55,555 nucleotides of DNA from the IMG/VR virus record IMGVR_UViG_3300049489_001004, positions 1-55,555 of that record. One strand, 5' to 3'. Position numbers and translations under genes: made by a program. This stretch comes from a virus. Its lineage: Duplodnaviria; Caudoviricetes. Positions 34,273 through 44,269 of this stretch are shown here, piece by piece. Below the pieces are notes generated by a model. That model was not told the origin of the DNA. It worked only from the letters and a program-made list of their open reading frames with translations, and searched no databases. Positions within the stretch are counted from its first letter, which is position 1. The number at the start of each line of letters is the position of its first letter.

Positions 34273-34930
34273 CTACAATTACATGGATGGATTTCCCCAC
34301 AATTTTAGCTGAGGCCATCATAATTTCTAAAGAAGTCTCTGGAACAACTTCCGAGATGGGAGAGAATACTCCCTCACAACAATGAATTAATCTCACAATT
34401 TTTTCAATTAAAATATTGTATCTCTGCTCTTCCATGAAAGAATTCTCAGTGAGCATACCTTTATGCATTGAGATTTCAAGTGTATCTTGCACATACTTAT
34501 CTACAGCTATTGCATAATAATCGTTATACACTTGCGGCATACCGGGAGTATCATTGTGAGCCAATGGATAGGCTACTGCATGCAGTAAGGCAGCAGAAAT
34601 CAAAATCATTATGTCTTCTTCCTCCATAATTTGAGAAGAAGCAATAAAAAACGCTGCTCTGGTAACTCGCTTAACGTGCTTAACTAAACCACCTGGTTCA
34701 TATTCATCAGGTGGACTCATATCTTCGACAGCTGCGACCGGAGACGTCCAAAAGTAGTCTGACTTGGCAAGCAGTAGTGCTATGATTTCCCTGAGGCCTT
34801 TGTCGCTGATAAGATTAAGTTCAGACATTAAAGGTTTTGTTCGCTCTTTAATGAATTGTTTCTCGACTGAGCCTTGATCTTTAAGAAAGCCTTCGAATAA
34901 ATCTGGATCTTTTTCTTTCTTATCGGGCAT
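34217..34930 (-). CDS. Degenerate HD-domain (YhaM-like) protein
   Basis: PGGLVKHVKRV...ISAALLHA, lacking the HD aspartate. Confidence 0.65.
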   Translation of the reverse strand: MPDKKEKDPDLFEGFLKDQGSVEKQFIKERTKPLMSELNLISDKGLREIIALLLAKSDYFWTSPVAAVEDMSPPDEYEPGGLVKHVKRVTRAAFFIASSQIMEEEDIMILISAALLHAVAYPLAHNDTPGMPQVYNDYYAIAVDKYVQDTLEISMHKGMLTENSFMEEQRYNILIEKIVRLIHCCEGVFSPISEVVPETSLEIMMASAKIVGKSIHVIVDGPDVISDRWEFDEPEDK

Positions 34931-35723
34931 GGGATTTTTCTCCTTCCGACCGAGGCATTTGCCATTTAACGCATTGACTGGTGTATGGACAAGACTTGCA
35001 ATAAGTACTATATCCATATCTAGGAACAAAAAGTTTATCGTTGATCAAACTATCGGCATTATAGCCAAATAAATCGAAATCTTTTTTCTCTAACTCTACT
35101 TGTTGTCGACCAGTTCTAGGTCCATAAAAATGCCACAGGTAATGGCGCGTATCCATTTCTTTGGAAGAATATCTGTATCTAAAGGCATATTCTGCACCAG
35201 CTAATTCATATTGCCACGACTGAGTTGACTCATTAGAGTTAGCCCACTTAAAAATATGATACCTATCTTTTTCTTTTTGTCTGATGACCAGATCCACAGT
35301 GCCTTCCAGTATTGCCTCTTGCTTCAACACTGGTACAATATAACTTTCGTTAAGCCAGAAGACCTGTTCGCCTGTTACTTCACTGAAATCTTCAAATAAT
35401 TGCTTGATAATTTCAAGAGCTCTCGTGCTAAATGATGTTCTTGATCGCTGCTGAATAGAGTTCTGCATCTTTGCAATATCTACAGCTGAAGCGTCACCAA
35501 ACCAATCTTTTTGCCAGCGGTTATATAGGCTTTTAAGAGTAGGATCATTAAAAGCTTGTTTCTTATAAAAATAATAGTTAGCTACCTTCTTCATCGTATC
35601 CATGAATTCTGCGGATAGCTGTTGTCTCTTATTAAGTTTTACTCCAGACCCTTTGCCATAAGAGTAATCGTAAAACCTAGGGCAAGCTTCGTAGTCTCTA
35701 ACTTGTTCGGGTGTTATATTCAT
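34920..35723 (-). CDS. PD-(D/E)XK / Cas4-like protein with a degenerate active site
   Basis: YEACPR, GTVDLV and C-terminal CKSCPY...C; lacks DxK. Confidence 0.7.
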   Translation of the reverse strand: MNITPEQVRDYEACPRFYDYSYGKGSGVKLNKRQQLSAEFMDTMKKVANYYFYKKQAFNDPTLKSLYNRWQKDWFGDASAVDIAKMQNSIQQRSRTSFSTRALEIIKQLFEDFSEVTGEQVFWLNESYIVPVLKQEAILEGTVDLVIRQKEKDRYHIFKWANSNESTQSWQYELAGAEYAFRYRYSSKEMDTRHYLWHFYGPRTGRQQVELEKKDFDLFGYNADSLINDKLFVPRYGYSTYCKSCPYTSQCVKWQMPRSEGEKSHAR

Positions 35724-35724
35724 T

Positions 35725-37149
35725 TTATATTCCTAAGGTAGGGTCAATTGAAGCATACGAATCTAGCAAAGTTTTTTTACTAGATGGGGTATCTAGGGCC
35801 TGGGACATATCATAGTCTAAGTATAACTTAGATTCATCATCATAGATTACTAGCGGTGGGTTAAGATTAGATTGAAGTCCAGCGATCCTATTCTTAATTA
35901 CATGTATTTCCATTATAGGGGTGATTCCATCGGATCCATATGAATCAAGATCAATTTCTGTTTGCATGGGCATTAAAACCATCACGACAGAGGATTTCTG
36001 CACTATGGTAACGCCCCCTGCTATATCAGACTGGTTAATTTCATTTCTATTCTCTCTAAGAGAATTTGAATTCTGCTGAGCCGTCAGAATAAAAACGGCA
36101 TTCATATCTTTCGCCAATTTTTCTAGGCGAACCATTATTTGTTCGAATTCACCCCACCGAGCCTTGCCGCCTGATTTAGTAAACAAAGATTGAATCGTAT
36201 CTATAACTACGATGTCCGGACGGTCTTCTTCTTGGTGGTCGTACAGGTCACGGAGCCAAGCTTCCAGGTCTTCGAAGTAAAGACTATCTGGATCATGGCG
36301 AACCATAAAACGAGTGCCCCACTCTTCCATCTTTTTCTTAAATTCTTTTGAAATTTTTGATAACTGATCGGAAGTTTTCTGATTCGACTTATATACATTG
36401 TGCCCGGTAACTTGGGCCATAAGCGTACGTTCCCAGTGATCGCTGGCTTCTTCAAAGTTGATAAATAAAACTTTCTCGCCTTCGTCTAACCAGTGATTAC
36501 ACAAAGACTTTGCAAGACTAGACTTACCTCGACCAGATGTGGCTACAATTGAATATATGTTGCCTCTCATTACTCCGCCAAGATTCTTATCGTAGCCCAA
36601 AGACTTATTTAGTCCCTTGAACTGGGTAGGAATAAATGGGGCGGTATTAAAAAGTTCATCTGAATCATGAGCGATATTAATAGCTGTGCGAATCGTAATT
36701 TTCTCACGCTTTTTTACGCCACGAATTTTGTCTTGTAATTCAATCGCAGCATCGTCAATGTCTTCATCGGTTGCTTGATCCGATGACAGCTTATCCTTAA
36801 GTAAGTCAAGCTTGTTTAGAGCTATTGTGCGATTATAGTTATGATTAACTAGCCTTGAAAGCGCAACGGGATCGGATGGTTCGATTGCGTCCAGTTGGGC
36901 GACTAGAGCGTCGTAAGATTCTTTGCCACCGATCTTGTCGTACAGGTCAGGAAACTGCTGTAGCCACTTATTGAATATCTCAAAATTTACCTCACCGACA
37001 GCTTCATAGCATTTAATTGCATTGTTATACAGTTGATATAGCCCGTAAGCGTGATTAACTTTTCCAACGGCTCCGTCAACTACATGTTCTTTAAATATAG
37101 CTGGAGCGTTAGGGTCTTTCAGTATGGTAGCTAAAACATCATAGTCCAT
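35725..37149 (-). CDS. dnaB: DnaB-like replicative helicase
   Basis: ATSGRGKS, INFEE, VIDTIQ, TAQQN and IKNR motifs. Confidence 0.88.
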   Translation of the reverse strand: MDYDVLATILKDPNAPAIFKEHVVDGAVGKVNHAYGLYQLYNNAIKCYEAVGEVNFEIFNKWLQQFPDLYDKIGGKESYDALVAQLDAIEPSDPVALSRLVNHNYNRTIALNKLDLLKDKLSSDQATDEDIDDAAIELQDKIRGVKKREKITIRTAINIAHDSDELFNTAPFIPTQFKGLNKSLGYDKNLGGVMRGNIYSIVATSGRGKSSLAKSLCNHWLDEGEKVLFINFEEASDHWERTLMAQVTGHNVYKSNQKTSDQLSKISKEFKKKMEEWGTRFMVRHDPDSLYFEDLEAWLRDLYDHQEEDRPDIVVIDTIQSLFTKSGGKARWGEFEQIMVRLEKLAKDMNAVFILTAQQNSNSLRENRNEINQSDIAGGVTIVQKSSVVMVLMPMQTEIDLDSYGSDGITPIMEIHVIKNRIAGLQSNLNPPLVIYDDESKLYLDYDMSQALDTPSSKKTLLDSYASIDPTLGI

Positions 37150-37408
37150 AGTCTTCGACCAAACTTCCTAGCTCAGATTCAAAATATTTTTTTAAGAAGC
37201 TTATTAAATAATCTTCTATAGATTGATTTAATTTTTCTGCTGATCTTAAAAGAGTTAAATACTCATCTCTAGAAATATCAACCTCAGCTAATACTTCTTC
37301 ATTCTGAGTCGTCAGAAATGTCAAAGTAATTATCTCGTCTAAGTTTTCTTCGTCGTTCTCGTTGAAGTTTTCTAAATTCTTTTTGTTGTTTTTGATACTC
37401 ATGATCAT
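37139..37408 (-). CDS. Hypothetical protein
   Basis: Acidic ORF overlapping the upstream gene end. Confidence 0.5.
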   Translation of the reverse strand: MIMSIKNNKKNLENFNENDEENLDEIITLTFLTTQNEEVLAEVDISRDEYLTLLRSAEKLNQSIEDYLISFLKKYFESELGSLVEDYGL

Positions 37409-38048
37409 GTTCCCTGCGGTTCTTCAATTCTTTACTGATCGTAGATCTACGCTGTCTTGCTGACGCCAAGTACTTTTTACGCTTGAGTTCAAGTTCCGGA
37501 TCCACCTCTTCGGCATTAAGCTCTGGGGACGGACAACTTCTAATCGCCTCTAGCACTCTTGCAAAGATAGTATCTTCGCTTAGAGAATCATTGTATCTGA
37601 AAGCAACTAAACTTATACCCTTTTCTGCACATAATTCTTCTTTTCTGATATCCCTACGCTGAGCTAAGATAAAATCAGCTTCTGTCGCGTGGAAAAAGGG
37701 GACCCACTCGTAATGTTGTCTACCATGATATTCGATCCCAATTTTATATGTTGGAATATATATATCCAAATATAATCTTTCACCCAGATGAAGTTCGTAT
37801 TCAATTTTTTCGTTGGGAAGAATTTTCTGGATTATTTGTACAATGGCGGCTTGGCCACGAGACATTTTTCTTTTTTTTGTTGTCACCCATTCAAGATTAT
37901 AACAGCGGAGTTTCTCGTTTAATTCTCTTAGCGATATATCCATCTCTTTTGCGATTTGAGCTTTCGTCATTCTGCTTGAGAAAAGATAATCCGCAATTAC
38001 ATATTTTTCGTGAAAAAAGTCTTTGTCCATTTTATTTCCGGTTGACAT
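37299..38048 (-). CDS. HTH plus DUF559/Vsr-like endonuclease
   Basis: LYLDIYIP...IEYHGRQHY...RDIRK. Confidence 0.8.
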   Translation of the reverse strand: MSTGNKMDKDFFHEKYVIADYLFSSRMTKAQIAKEMDISLRELNEKLRCYNLEWVTTKKRKMSRGQAAIVQIIQKILPNEKIEYELHLGERLYLDIYIPTYKIGIEYHGRQHYEWVPFFHATEADFILAQRRDIRKEELCAEKGISLVAFRYNDSLSEDTIFARVLEAIRSCPSPELNAEEVDPELELKRKKYLASARQRRSTISKELKNRREHDHEYQKQQKEFRKLQRERRRKLRRDNYFDISDDSE

Positions 38049-38791
38049 TAAATAATACGTTGCAACGTCTTTGGGTACGAGTCGTCTATCTCCTTATATT
38101 TCAGAGGGAATCTGTCAAATGGATCGATACCTTTTTGTATACGATTCATTATACTTTCATAGTTTTTAAATTCATCTTTGTCATACTCGGTATGCGCAAA
38201 TGATTCTATCTTGTATTTAATTTTTTCTTCTTCTCCAAAGAAAGAAAAGTGCCAACCACCGTTCGGAATTCTTGGTAGCTGTCGAGCTCTTAGTTCTTGA
38301 GCAGAGGATTGATCTAGGACCTTCTTGTAAGTAACGACTGGCCTAGCGCCTTGATTGCAATGTTGCGGCACCTGCCAATGATAATTCCAAAAAAATTGTG
38401 ACACCTCTAAGTGTACCGCTTCAAAATCTGGGTTGTCATAACGAAGAGATAGTAAGGTAGCTGGATTAGGTATCTCATCAGCGTCTGAGATGACTATCAT
38501 GTCGTCCGCAGAGGCGAGATTAAGCCCCGAAACAATCGAGTTTCGCTGAAAAATTTCTCTGTCCCAAGAGGACATTTCTTCGCTGGGGAATTTAGTTTTA
38601 ACCCTAATGATTTTTTTCTTGATGTATGGATCTATATCCAAATCATCAAAGAAAAGTGGTTTCGCTATTCCCGTAAAAGTTGACGTAGCTTCTACCACTA
38701 CGAAAAAATCTACTACAAATTGCAGTTCTTCAAAACGTAACTTAACTATTTCTTCTTCGTTAAAATAGGTGAAACAATCATAAATTCTCAT
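38048..38791 (-). CDS. Glycosyltransferase family 17-like protein
   Basis: IYDCFTYFNE, E...TFTG..KPL, REIFQRN, SDADEIP and GWHFSF motifs. Confidence 0.9.
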   Translation of the reverse strand: MRIYDCFTYFNEEEIVKLRFEELQFVVDFFVVVEATSTFTGIAKPLFFDDLDIDPYIKKKIIRVKTKFPSEEMSSWDREIFQRNSIVSGLNLASADDMIVISDADEIPNPATLLSLRYDNPDFEAVHLEVSQFFWNYHWQVPQHCNQGARPVVTYKKVLDQSSAQELRARQLPRIPNGGWHFSFFGEEEKIKYKIESFAHTEYDKDEFKNYESIMNRIQKGIDPFDRFPLKYKEIDDSYPKTLQRII

Positions 38792-39257
38792 AGACATATA
38801 CTTCGTCCGAACTAAACATAGAATAGCTTTGAATTTCTTTAACAAGGTCAGCTCGAAAAGTAAAAAACTCTTCCATAGAGGTCACCCAACTATCGGGATT
38901 AACTAGCATTACGAGACCATTATCTTTCATCAACCCCTTGATATCCGTAGCCATGTTACCGCGAACACCCATCGGGTGATCAAGTGTCTCATTTAAAGCA
39001 ATGAAAAAATCACAGGACCAGCCTCTATACATACATATCTGTATGTCGAGGTCTACAAAAGAATCAGTAAAATCCTGTTCGTCATCATTACCATAAATCA
39101 TCCAAAAGTTTAACCCGTGCTCTGAATGTCTGAATACCTCCAGGCACGATGGGTCTCCCCCATATATCACTGGAAATATGGGTTGCCCAAATACATCTCT
39201 AATTATATGAGCTAAGAAATTCCATTTTGTTTTGGTTTCAATAGGTTCTGCGGCCAT
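38778..39257 (-). CDS. Hypothetical protein in glycosylation cluster
   Basis: Embedded in the glycosyltransferase operon. Confidence 0.55.
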   Translation of the reverse strand: MAAEPIETKTKWNFLAHIIRDVFGQPIFPVIYGGDPSCLEVFRHSEHGLNFWMIYGNDDEQDFTDSFVDLDIQICMYRGWSCDFFIALNETLDHPMGVRGNMATDIKGLMKDNGLVMLVNPDSWVTSMEEFFTFRADLVKEIQSYSMFSSDEVYVYENL

Positions 39258-40297
39258 AGGTATCCAGTATACAGTTCTCCGGTCAATTCATGCCAACGAT
39301 CGATAGCTATTTGGCGATCACGTTCATACGCATAGGGGTTTTCTTGCCATGACCAATGAGTATATTCTGGACGTAACTCTCTATATATTAGATAGTTAGC
39401 CCCATCAACCGTGATTGTTTGATCCCATCTTAAATGATCATACCTTGCCCAAGCGTCAATGTCAGGCTGTGTCCAGCTATCTCTTTCGGTTAACTCATCT
39501 TGGGTTGGAATTTTTGGTTTCCCCGTAGGCGGAGGATTAAGCTCGATACCGTGCTGTAGTGCCCACCTACGATTAAACTCTTGGTCAGGTGGCCAATGTT
39601 GCATTAAATATAAAGGCTCTGTGCCATAATTCCAATGCTTTCCCCTGAAGTATGCTGTCCACTTATCTCTAAACTGAACGCATCCAAGGTGCTCTCTGGC
39701 TTTGGAAATTTCACTTCTTTCTCCACCTGGATCATTGTGCATTGCCGAGAGTTGCTTTATTCCTGCTAAACGATGGCCAGACAACCGAACCCGTAAAGCC
39801 ATATCGCATTCGTTCTGATGTAAAAGCTGTGGGTCGTAACCACCGATCTCATCATATAACTCTCTATTTATTCCCCAGCACATGCCAAGGGCCCAGGTAA
39901 GTTCAACATAATCACTGTGATCAATCTCAAGGCCACAAGTACCCGGAACAACCATCCCTATTTCTGGCCTATCCAGATAAGACTTCATGGTTTGATTCCA
40001 ACCGGGATGAACTATTAGACAGTCGTCATCGAGATGGATAAGTGTGTCATATTTACTAGACTCAAAACCTTGGTTTGTGCCAGTAGATAGACCCAAATTT
40101 TTTTCGTTGCGAACAATGGTTACTTTCGAATTATTTTTTAATCTATCTAAATATTGTATAGACAAATCATCTGTGCTGCCATTGTCCACCAAGATCACTT
40201 CGTAAGGTTCGGTAGCATAGGTAAAAATTGCATTCATCGTCTGCATGAGTGTATGCGGGCGATTCATTGAAAGAACACTTATGCTTGTACCTTCCAT
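39212..40297 (-). CDS. Glycosyltransferase family 2
   Basis: VDNGSTD, NLG...NQG, LDDD and IGGYD motifs. Confidence 0.9.
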   Translation of the reverse strand: MEGTSISVLSMNRPHTLMQTMNAIFTYATEPYEVILVDNGSTDDLSIQYLDRLKNNSKVTIVRNEKNLGLSTGTNQGFESSKYDTLIHLDDDCLIVHPGWNQTMKSYLDRPEIGMVVPGTCGLEIDHSDYVELTWALGMCWGINRELYDEIGGYDPQLLHQNECDMALRVRLSGHRLAGIKQLSAMHNDPGGERSEISKAREHLGCVQFRDKWTAYFRGKHWNYGTEPLYLMQHWPPDQEFNRRWALQHGIELNPPPTGKPKIPTQDELTERDSWTQPDIDAWARYDHLRWDQTITVDGANYLIYRELRPEYTHWSWQENPYAYERDRQIAIDRWHELTGELYTGYLWPQNLLKPKQNGIS

Positions 40298-41223
40298 TAC
40301 AGATAATCCTTCAAGATAACCTTAAGTTCATCGTTAGATATCATGGGGGCATTACAAGAAGAATAACCTTCTTGGCTAGAGATTATTCCTGACTGAGGGT
40401 CATATAGAAAATAATCGTCATCCCGTATCGTACGTGACATCTCATCGTCCGAAAGTAGGAATTCATCATGTTTCTCTCCAGGACGTTCTCCAACTAATTC
40501 GACACTAGAATCTCCCTTCATTACCGAGGCAAGGTTCCCTAAGGTAACGCTTCGCATTGCCTTCGAAACAATTAATCCAGCGGGAAGAGAGAGTGTTTTG
40601 TAAATAAGATCAACAGCCTCTTCGAGAGTAAAAAAGAATCGAGTCATATCAGGATTCGTTATAGGGAGAGTCATATTAGCTTCCCTGCGTTCCTTCCAAA
40701 AGGGAATCACCGAACCTCTGGTTCCAATAACGTTACCATATCTAGCTACGTTAAACTGGGTTTTATGGTTTTCTCCCTGCCGACGATTACCGTCTAGCAT
40801 GATCTTTTCTAATAAAGCTTTCGTTAGCCCATACGTATTAACAGGCAGGCATGCTTTGTCTGTTGATATACCAACACATTTTTGAATTGAACCCTCTTGT
40901 AGGACTGCGTTAACAAGATTGATTGTGCCATCGACGTTAGTTGTGACATACTCAGTGGGTTGAAGCTCACTTATGTTGACATATTTTAACGATGCCCCGT
41001 GGACGATAATATCAATGTCGCGCACGGCATCTCTTACCGAATGATAATCCCTGATGTCCCCTAGGAGATATCTACAGTCAGGGAACAGTTTTTTCATGTC
41101 ATACTGCTTCTTTTCATCCCTACTATAAACCGTCACCAAGGCGCCATCGGCTAACATCCTACTGGTGAGCTCGTGACCTAAACTACCGGTGCCACCTGTA
41201 ATTAATACTCTTTGATCTTTCAT
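40297..41223 (-). CDS. UDP-GlcNAc 4,6-dehydratase-like protein (PseB/FnlA/CapD family)
   Basis: TGGTGSLG, SRDEKKQ, STDKA, YGLTK, RYGNVIGTRGSV, MTRFF and RPGEK motifs. Confidence 0.92.
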   Translation of the reverse strand: MKDQRVLITGGTGSLGHELTSRMLADGALVTVYSRDEKKQYDMKKLFPDCRYLLGDIRDYHSVRDAVRDIDIIVHGASLKYVNISELQPTEYVTTNVDGTINLVNAVLQEGSIQKCVGISTDKACLPVNTYGLTKALLEKIMLDGNRRQGENHKTQFNVARYGNVIGTRGSVIPFWKERREANMTLPITNPDMTRFFFTLEEAVDLIYKTLSLPAGLIVSKAMRSVTLGNLASVMKGDSSVELVGERPGEKHDEFLLSDDEMSRTIRDDDYFLYDPQSGIISSQEGYSSCNAPMISNDELKVILKDYL

Positions 41224-41226
41224 AGC

Positions 41227-41757
41227 TTAGCCCTTAATTCCTGTCACTCGTAACCATCCACATTCGTCACCACGTTTTACCTCTGTGACAGTTAATCCCG
41301 CAAGCTCAAAATAATGAGGCAGCGTTAAGTGTGTCAAACCTGCGTAGTGAACATCGTACTTATTTAGTTGTTCTGCAAAAAAGATCTGTTGCATTGCCAG
41401 GTGATGCTCTAAAGTTTCAGTAGCCAGAATTTGCTGTGCTGCCAAAATAAAGTCCGGAGCTTCAACAACTAACTTTCCATTTTTCTTTAAAAGTCTTGCC
41501 CATTCTTCGATTACATCTCCAGTTTCTCTCCACGGGAAATGCTCGATAGCCTCAGTACTAAATACTAGATCAGCATACTCGTCGGGAAGAGGAATATTCC
41601 TAGCGTCCGAGACTATGTCTACTGGATGCAGGTATTCATCGTTCTCAAGCAGTGGCGTTGGGTCTATATCAATATGTATCCACGTGTCGTCATACCATGT
41701 TCTTGTTCCAATTACAATTTTAACGCCATCACTTGTTGGTAGTGGATGAGTTCTCAT
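41227..41757 (-). CDS. SAM-dependent methyltransferase-like protein
   Basis: DARNIPLPD...AIEH...W.RLLK.NG.L....PD. Confidence 0.8.
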   Translation of the reverse strand: MRTHPLPTSDGVKIVIGTRTWYDDTWIHIDIDPTPLLENDEYLHPVDIVSDARNIPLPDEYADLVFSTEAIEHFPWRETGDVIEEWARLLKKNGKLVVEAPDFILAAQQILATETLEHHLAMQQIFFAEQLNKYDVHYAGLTHLTLPHYFELAGLTVTEVKRGDECGWLRVTGIKG

Positions 41758-42464
41758 GATTCACTCCACTCTTCAAGAGATACTTTATCCGATGTGTCGA
41801 TTATCGAGTTAATGTGTGAGCTAGCATGGTACGCACCATTGTCGATAGATACGTAACGATCATATTTTGCTTGCTTGTCTTCATCTTTAATATATGAAAG
41901 ATGCTTTATCTTTAATCCAGATTCTCTCATGTAACGACTTGGGAAATGCCGCATAATCCAATCTACATAGATGGGTTCGGAACCAGGAGCTAATTTTCTT
42001 TCTTTAAATTTCCCATCCGGCATCCATCTAAATAATCTAGTGGACCCATGGGGTCGCCAACCACCATCTGTACGATAATGAGTTTCGTTCCACATGTGAT
42101 AGAAGTCAATATTTGCGATGTCATGATCTTCATTCACTATTATATCTCTTAACGAGTAAGTGGTTTCGTAAAGCAGCTCATCCGCATCTATAGCTAATAC
42201 CCAATCATGTGGAGTTGGGCTGATTGAGTCACATAAAAAATCCCAGCTTCTTTGTCTAAGGGCACCTTCATCAGTTGAAAACAATGGCGCAGAAAGAACC
42301 TGAATATTCTTCGTATATTTAGATGCTAATTCAACAGTATTATCTGTCGAGGCATCATCAGTGAAGATGATTTCGTCTACTTGATGAGAGAGCCTCTCTA
42401 AGACTTGAGGTAAGTAGCTAAATTCTTCATTTCTGGCTACCATATTTGCAATTAATCTGCCCAT
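41754..42464 (-). CDS. Glycosyltransferase family 2
   Basis: ARNEE, DDASTDNT and IDADE motifs. Confidence 0.88.
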   Translation of the reverse strand: MGRLIANMVARNEEFSYLPQVLERLSHQVDEIIFTDDASTDNTVELASKYTKNIQVLSAPLFSTDEGALRQRSWDFLCDSISPTPHDWVLAIDADELLYETTYSLRDIIVNEDHDIANIDFYHMWNETHYRTDGGWRPHGSTRLFRWMPDGKFKERKLAPGSEPIYVDWIMRHFPSRYMRESGLKIKHLSYIKDEDKQAKYDRYVSIDNGAYHASSHINSIIDTSDKVSLEEWSES

Positions 42465-42477
42465 TTTTCTCCAAACG

Positions 42478-42520
42478 AAAAAGAGGGGGTAAGACCTAAC
42501 TAAAGACCTTACCCCCTCTT
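42478..42520 (-). terminator. Intrinsic terminator
   Basis: aagagggggtaag/cttaccccctctt stem with T run on the minus strand. Confidence 0.75.
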
Positions 42521-42531
42521 AATGCTGATTA

Positions 42532-42753
42532 TCAGTTACTTGTAGTATTAAGTGACTCGGCTAACGAGCGGGCCTCATCGGCATAAACTCGCTCTGCACT
42601 TGTGGAGCGACCAAGAACTTCTGCCCCAGGTACGCTCTGAGAAGTGCGATTCCGTGACATGGCAATCCGCATTGCGTCAGCCTTGTTCTTGGCACGAACC
42701 GAAGAGATAGTTACTACCTCAAAAAACTTGCTTTTGTTATTACTTGTAGTCAT
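42532..42753 (-). CDS. Small basic hypothetical protein
   Basis: Followed by a terminator; VRAKNKADA motif. Confidence 0.7.
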   Translation of the reverse strand: MTTSNNKSKFFEVVTISSVRAKNKADAMRIAMSRNRTSQSVPGAEVLGRSTSAERVYADEARSLAESLNTTSN

Positions 42754-42801
42754 TTTTTAATCTTTCTGTGTTTTGTTTTTTCCCAGTATTTCTGAGATCT
42801 A

Positions 42802-43461
42802 TTATACCAAGTTACTTGGCGTATTCCTACTCAAAACTTTTCGAATGGCTTCTTCGTAGTCGTCTTGAGTTCTTGTCATCGCAGCAACCAAATCGTACCA
42901 ACCCATCACCCGTGGGAATGAAATGCTATTACGATTCCATGGTCTATCAAATACATAACCATAAGCGCCAGCGATTAAAAGTGCCTCAACATTACTTAGG
43001 TTATCATCAATTAAGATGTCCAGTCCATGTCGAGTTTTATCGTTGTCAATAATTAGCTCATCAAACGCAACGTTATTATCGACAAGCCAATTGCGAGTAT
43101 TGTTCTCAATAATCTTCATGTGGTCAGGATTGTTAGATAGATATCTAGCTGTGATAATAACAATCTCGAAGCCCATTTCCTTCAGCTTCAAGATCGATTC
43201 TCTTGCGTTGGGATATATTTCACCGTGACGGAACACCTTACTGTGAATGGCCGCTAAGCCAAGATTTGTAAAATATTCTTCGTCTGTCATACCCCAGTCT
43301 CTGTAAAACTCCCAAGAGGTAGGTTCCGAAAGGCTGTCGATATCAACGCCGATTTTTTCTGAATAGTATGCGCGGAATTCATCTACGAAGTTATAGATGA
43401 CTCCATCGAGATCGATACCTAAACGAATTTTTTTCTTCTGTGTGTTTGTCATGTTTCGCAA
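42802..43461 (-). CDS. HAD-family 5'(3')-deoxyribonucleotidase
   Basis: DLDGV, ITAR, LIDD and PWN motifs. Confidence 0.88.
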   Translation of the reverse strand: MRNMTNTQKKKIRLGIDLDGVIYNFVDEFRAYYSEKIGVDIDSLSEPTSWEFYRDWGMTDEEYFTNLGLAAIHSKVFRHGEIYPNARESILKLKEMGFEIVIITARYLSNNPDHMKIIENNTRNWLVDNNVAFDELIIDNDKTRHGLDILIDDNLSNVEALLIAGAYGYVFDRPWNRNSISFPRVMGWYDLVAAMTRTQDDYEEAIRKVLSRNTPSNLV

Positions 43462-43493
43462 TCTATCTGTTCTGATTTATTTTCGCAACCTGG

Positions 43494-43841
43494 TTATGAA
43501 ATTTTTTTCAAAATTTCCCAAGGGAAGGTATTTTCCTCCAGGGTCACTTTTTCTTCAAGTTCAATTTCGCTAGTCAAACCATCTTCGTCCATCTTCGGGC
43601 CTGATAACAATAGAGATTCTCCGCCCTCGATCTCTTGAACGAGCGAAATAGCCTTGTCTAATACATGATTGTCATCAAGCCACTTATCTACAATCGCTCT
43701 GTCGTGGGCATTTAGGGCGACGTAATCACCAATGCCAAAATATTTACCAAAATAATTAGTTTCCATTTTCTTCTTTTTCCTTCTTCTGGACCGGCCAGAA
43801 ATATTCGTATGGAGCGGGGTCGCTCCAACTGTTTCCAACAT
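43494..43841 (-). CDS. Hypothetical protein
   Basis: True start likely METNYF. Confidence 0.55.
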   Translation of the reverse strand: MLETVGATPLHTNISGRSRRRKKKKMETNYFGKYFGIGDYVALNAHDRAIVDKWLDDNHVLDKAISLVQEIEGGESLLLSGPKMDEDGLTSEIELEEKVTLEENTFPWEILKKIS

Positions 43842-44253
43842 ACCAGTTTAGCACCGTATCGGTCTCTGGCCAATTAAATTGAGAATACCAATCATATTTT
43901 TTTGAAAGCAAGCTCATCCTATGGGAGGAATGAACTCTTTCATCCCCTAACCATGGTGGATGTATAACATCCGACGCTTTATGAGCGACTAAAATATCGC
44001 TAAACTCATTCATTAATTTCGTTTTAAAGCCTCTTTCTATCCACTCGCGACACATCTGCCAGCCGTAGATAATCAGCGAGACCTCGTAACCTGCCCACAT
44101 TATGGTAGCCGGATGATTTTTCCAGCCCTTTGCCTGTGGGTTAGTCAAAGCATTGTATATCTGCTTAACCTCTACTGTCTGTTTGTTAAGCCTTAGGTTA
44201 TCTAAAGATGAAGCCGACTTAATGTAATCTTGGTAAGGTAAAAATGTCTGCAC
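43756..44253 (-). CDS. Pyrimidine-dimer DNA glycosylase-like protein (MSMEG_6728 family)
   Basis: MQTFLPY, RLNKQ.VE, GWKNHPA..MW.G and PPWLGD..HSSHR motifs. Confidence 0.9.
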   Translation of the reverse strand: MQTFLPYQDYIKSASSLDNLRLNKQTVEVKQIYNALTNPQAKGWKNHPATIMWAGYEVSLIIYGWQMCREWIERGFKTKLMNEFSDILVAHKASDVIHPPWLGDERVHSSHRMSLLSKKYDWYSQFNWPETDTVLNWYVGNSWSDPAPYEYFWPVQKKEKEENGN

Positions 44254-44269
44254 CTAGGGGGGGGTCTTT

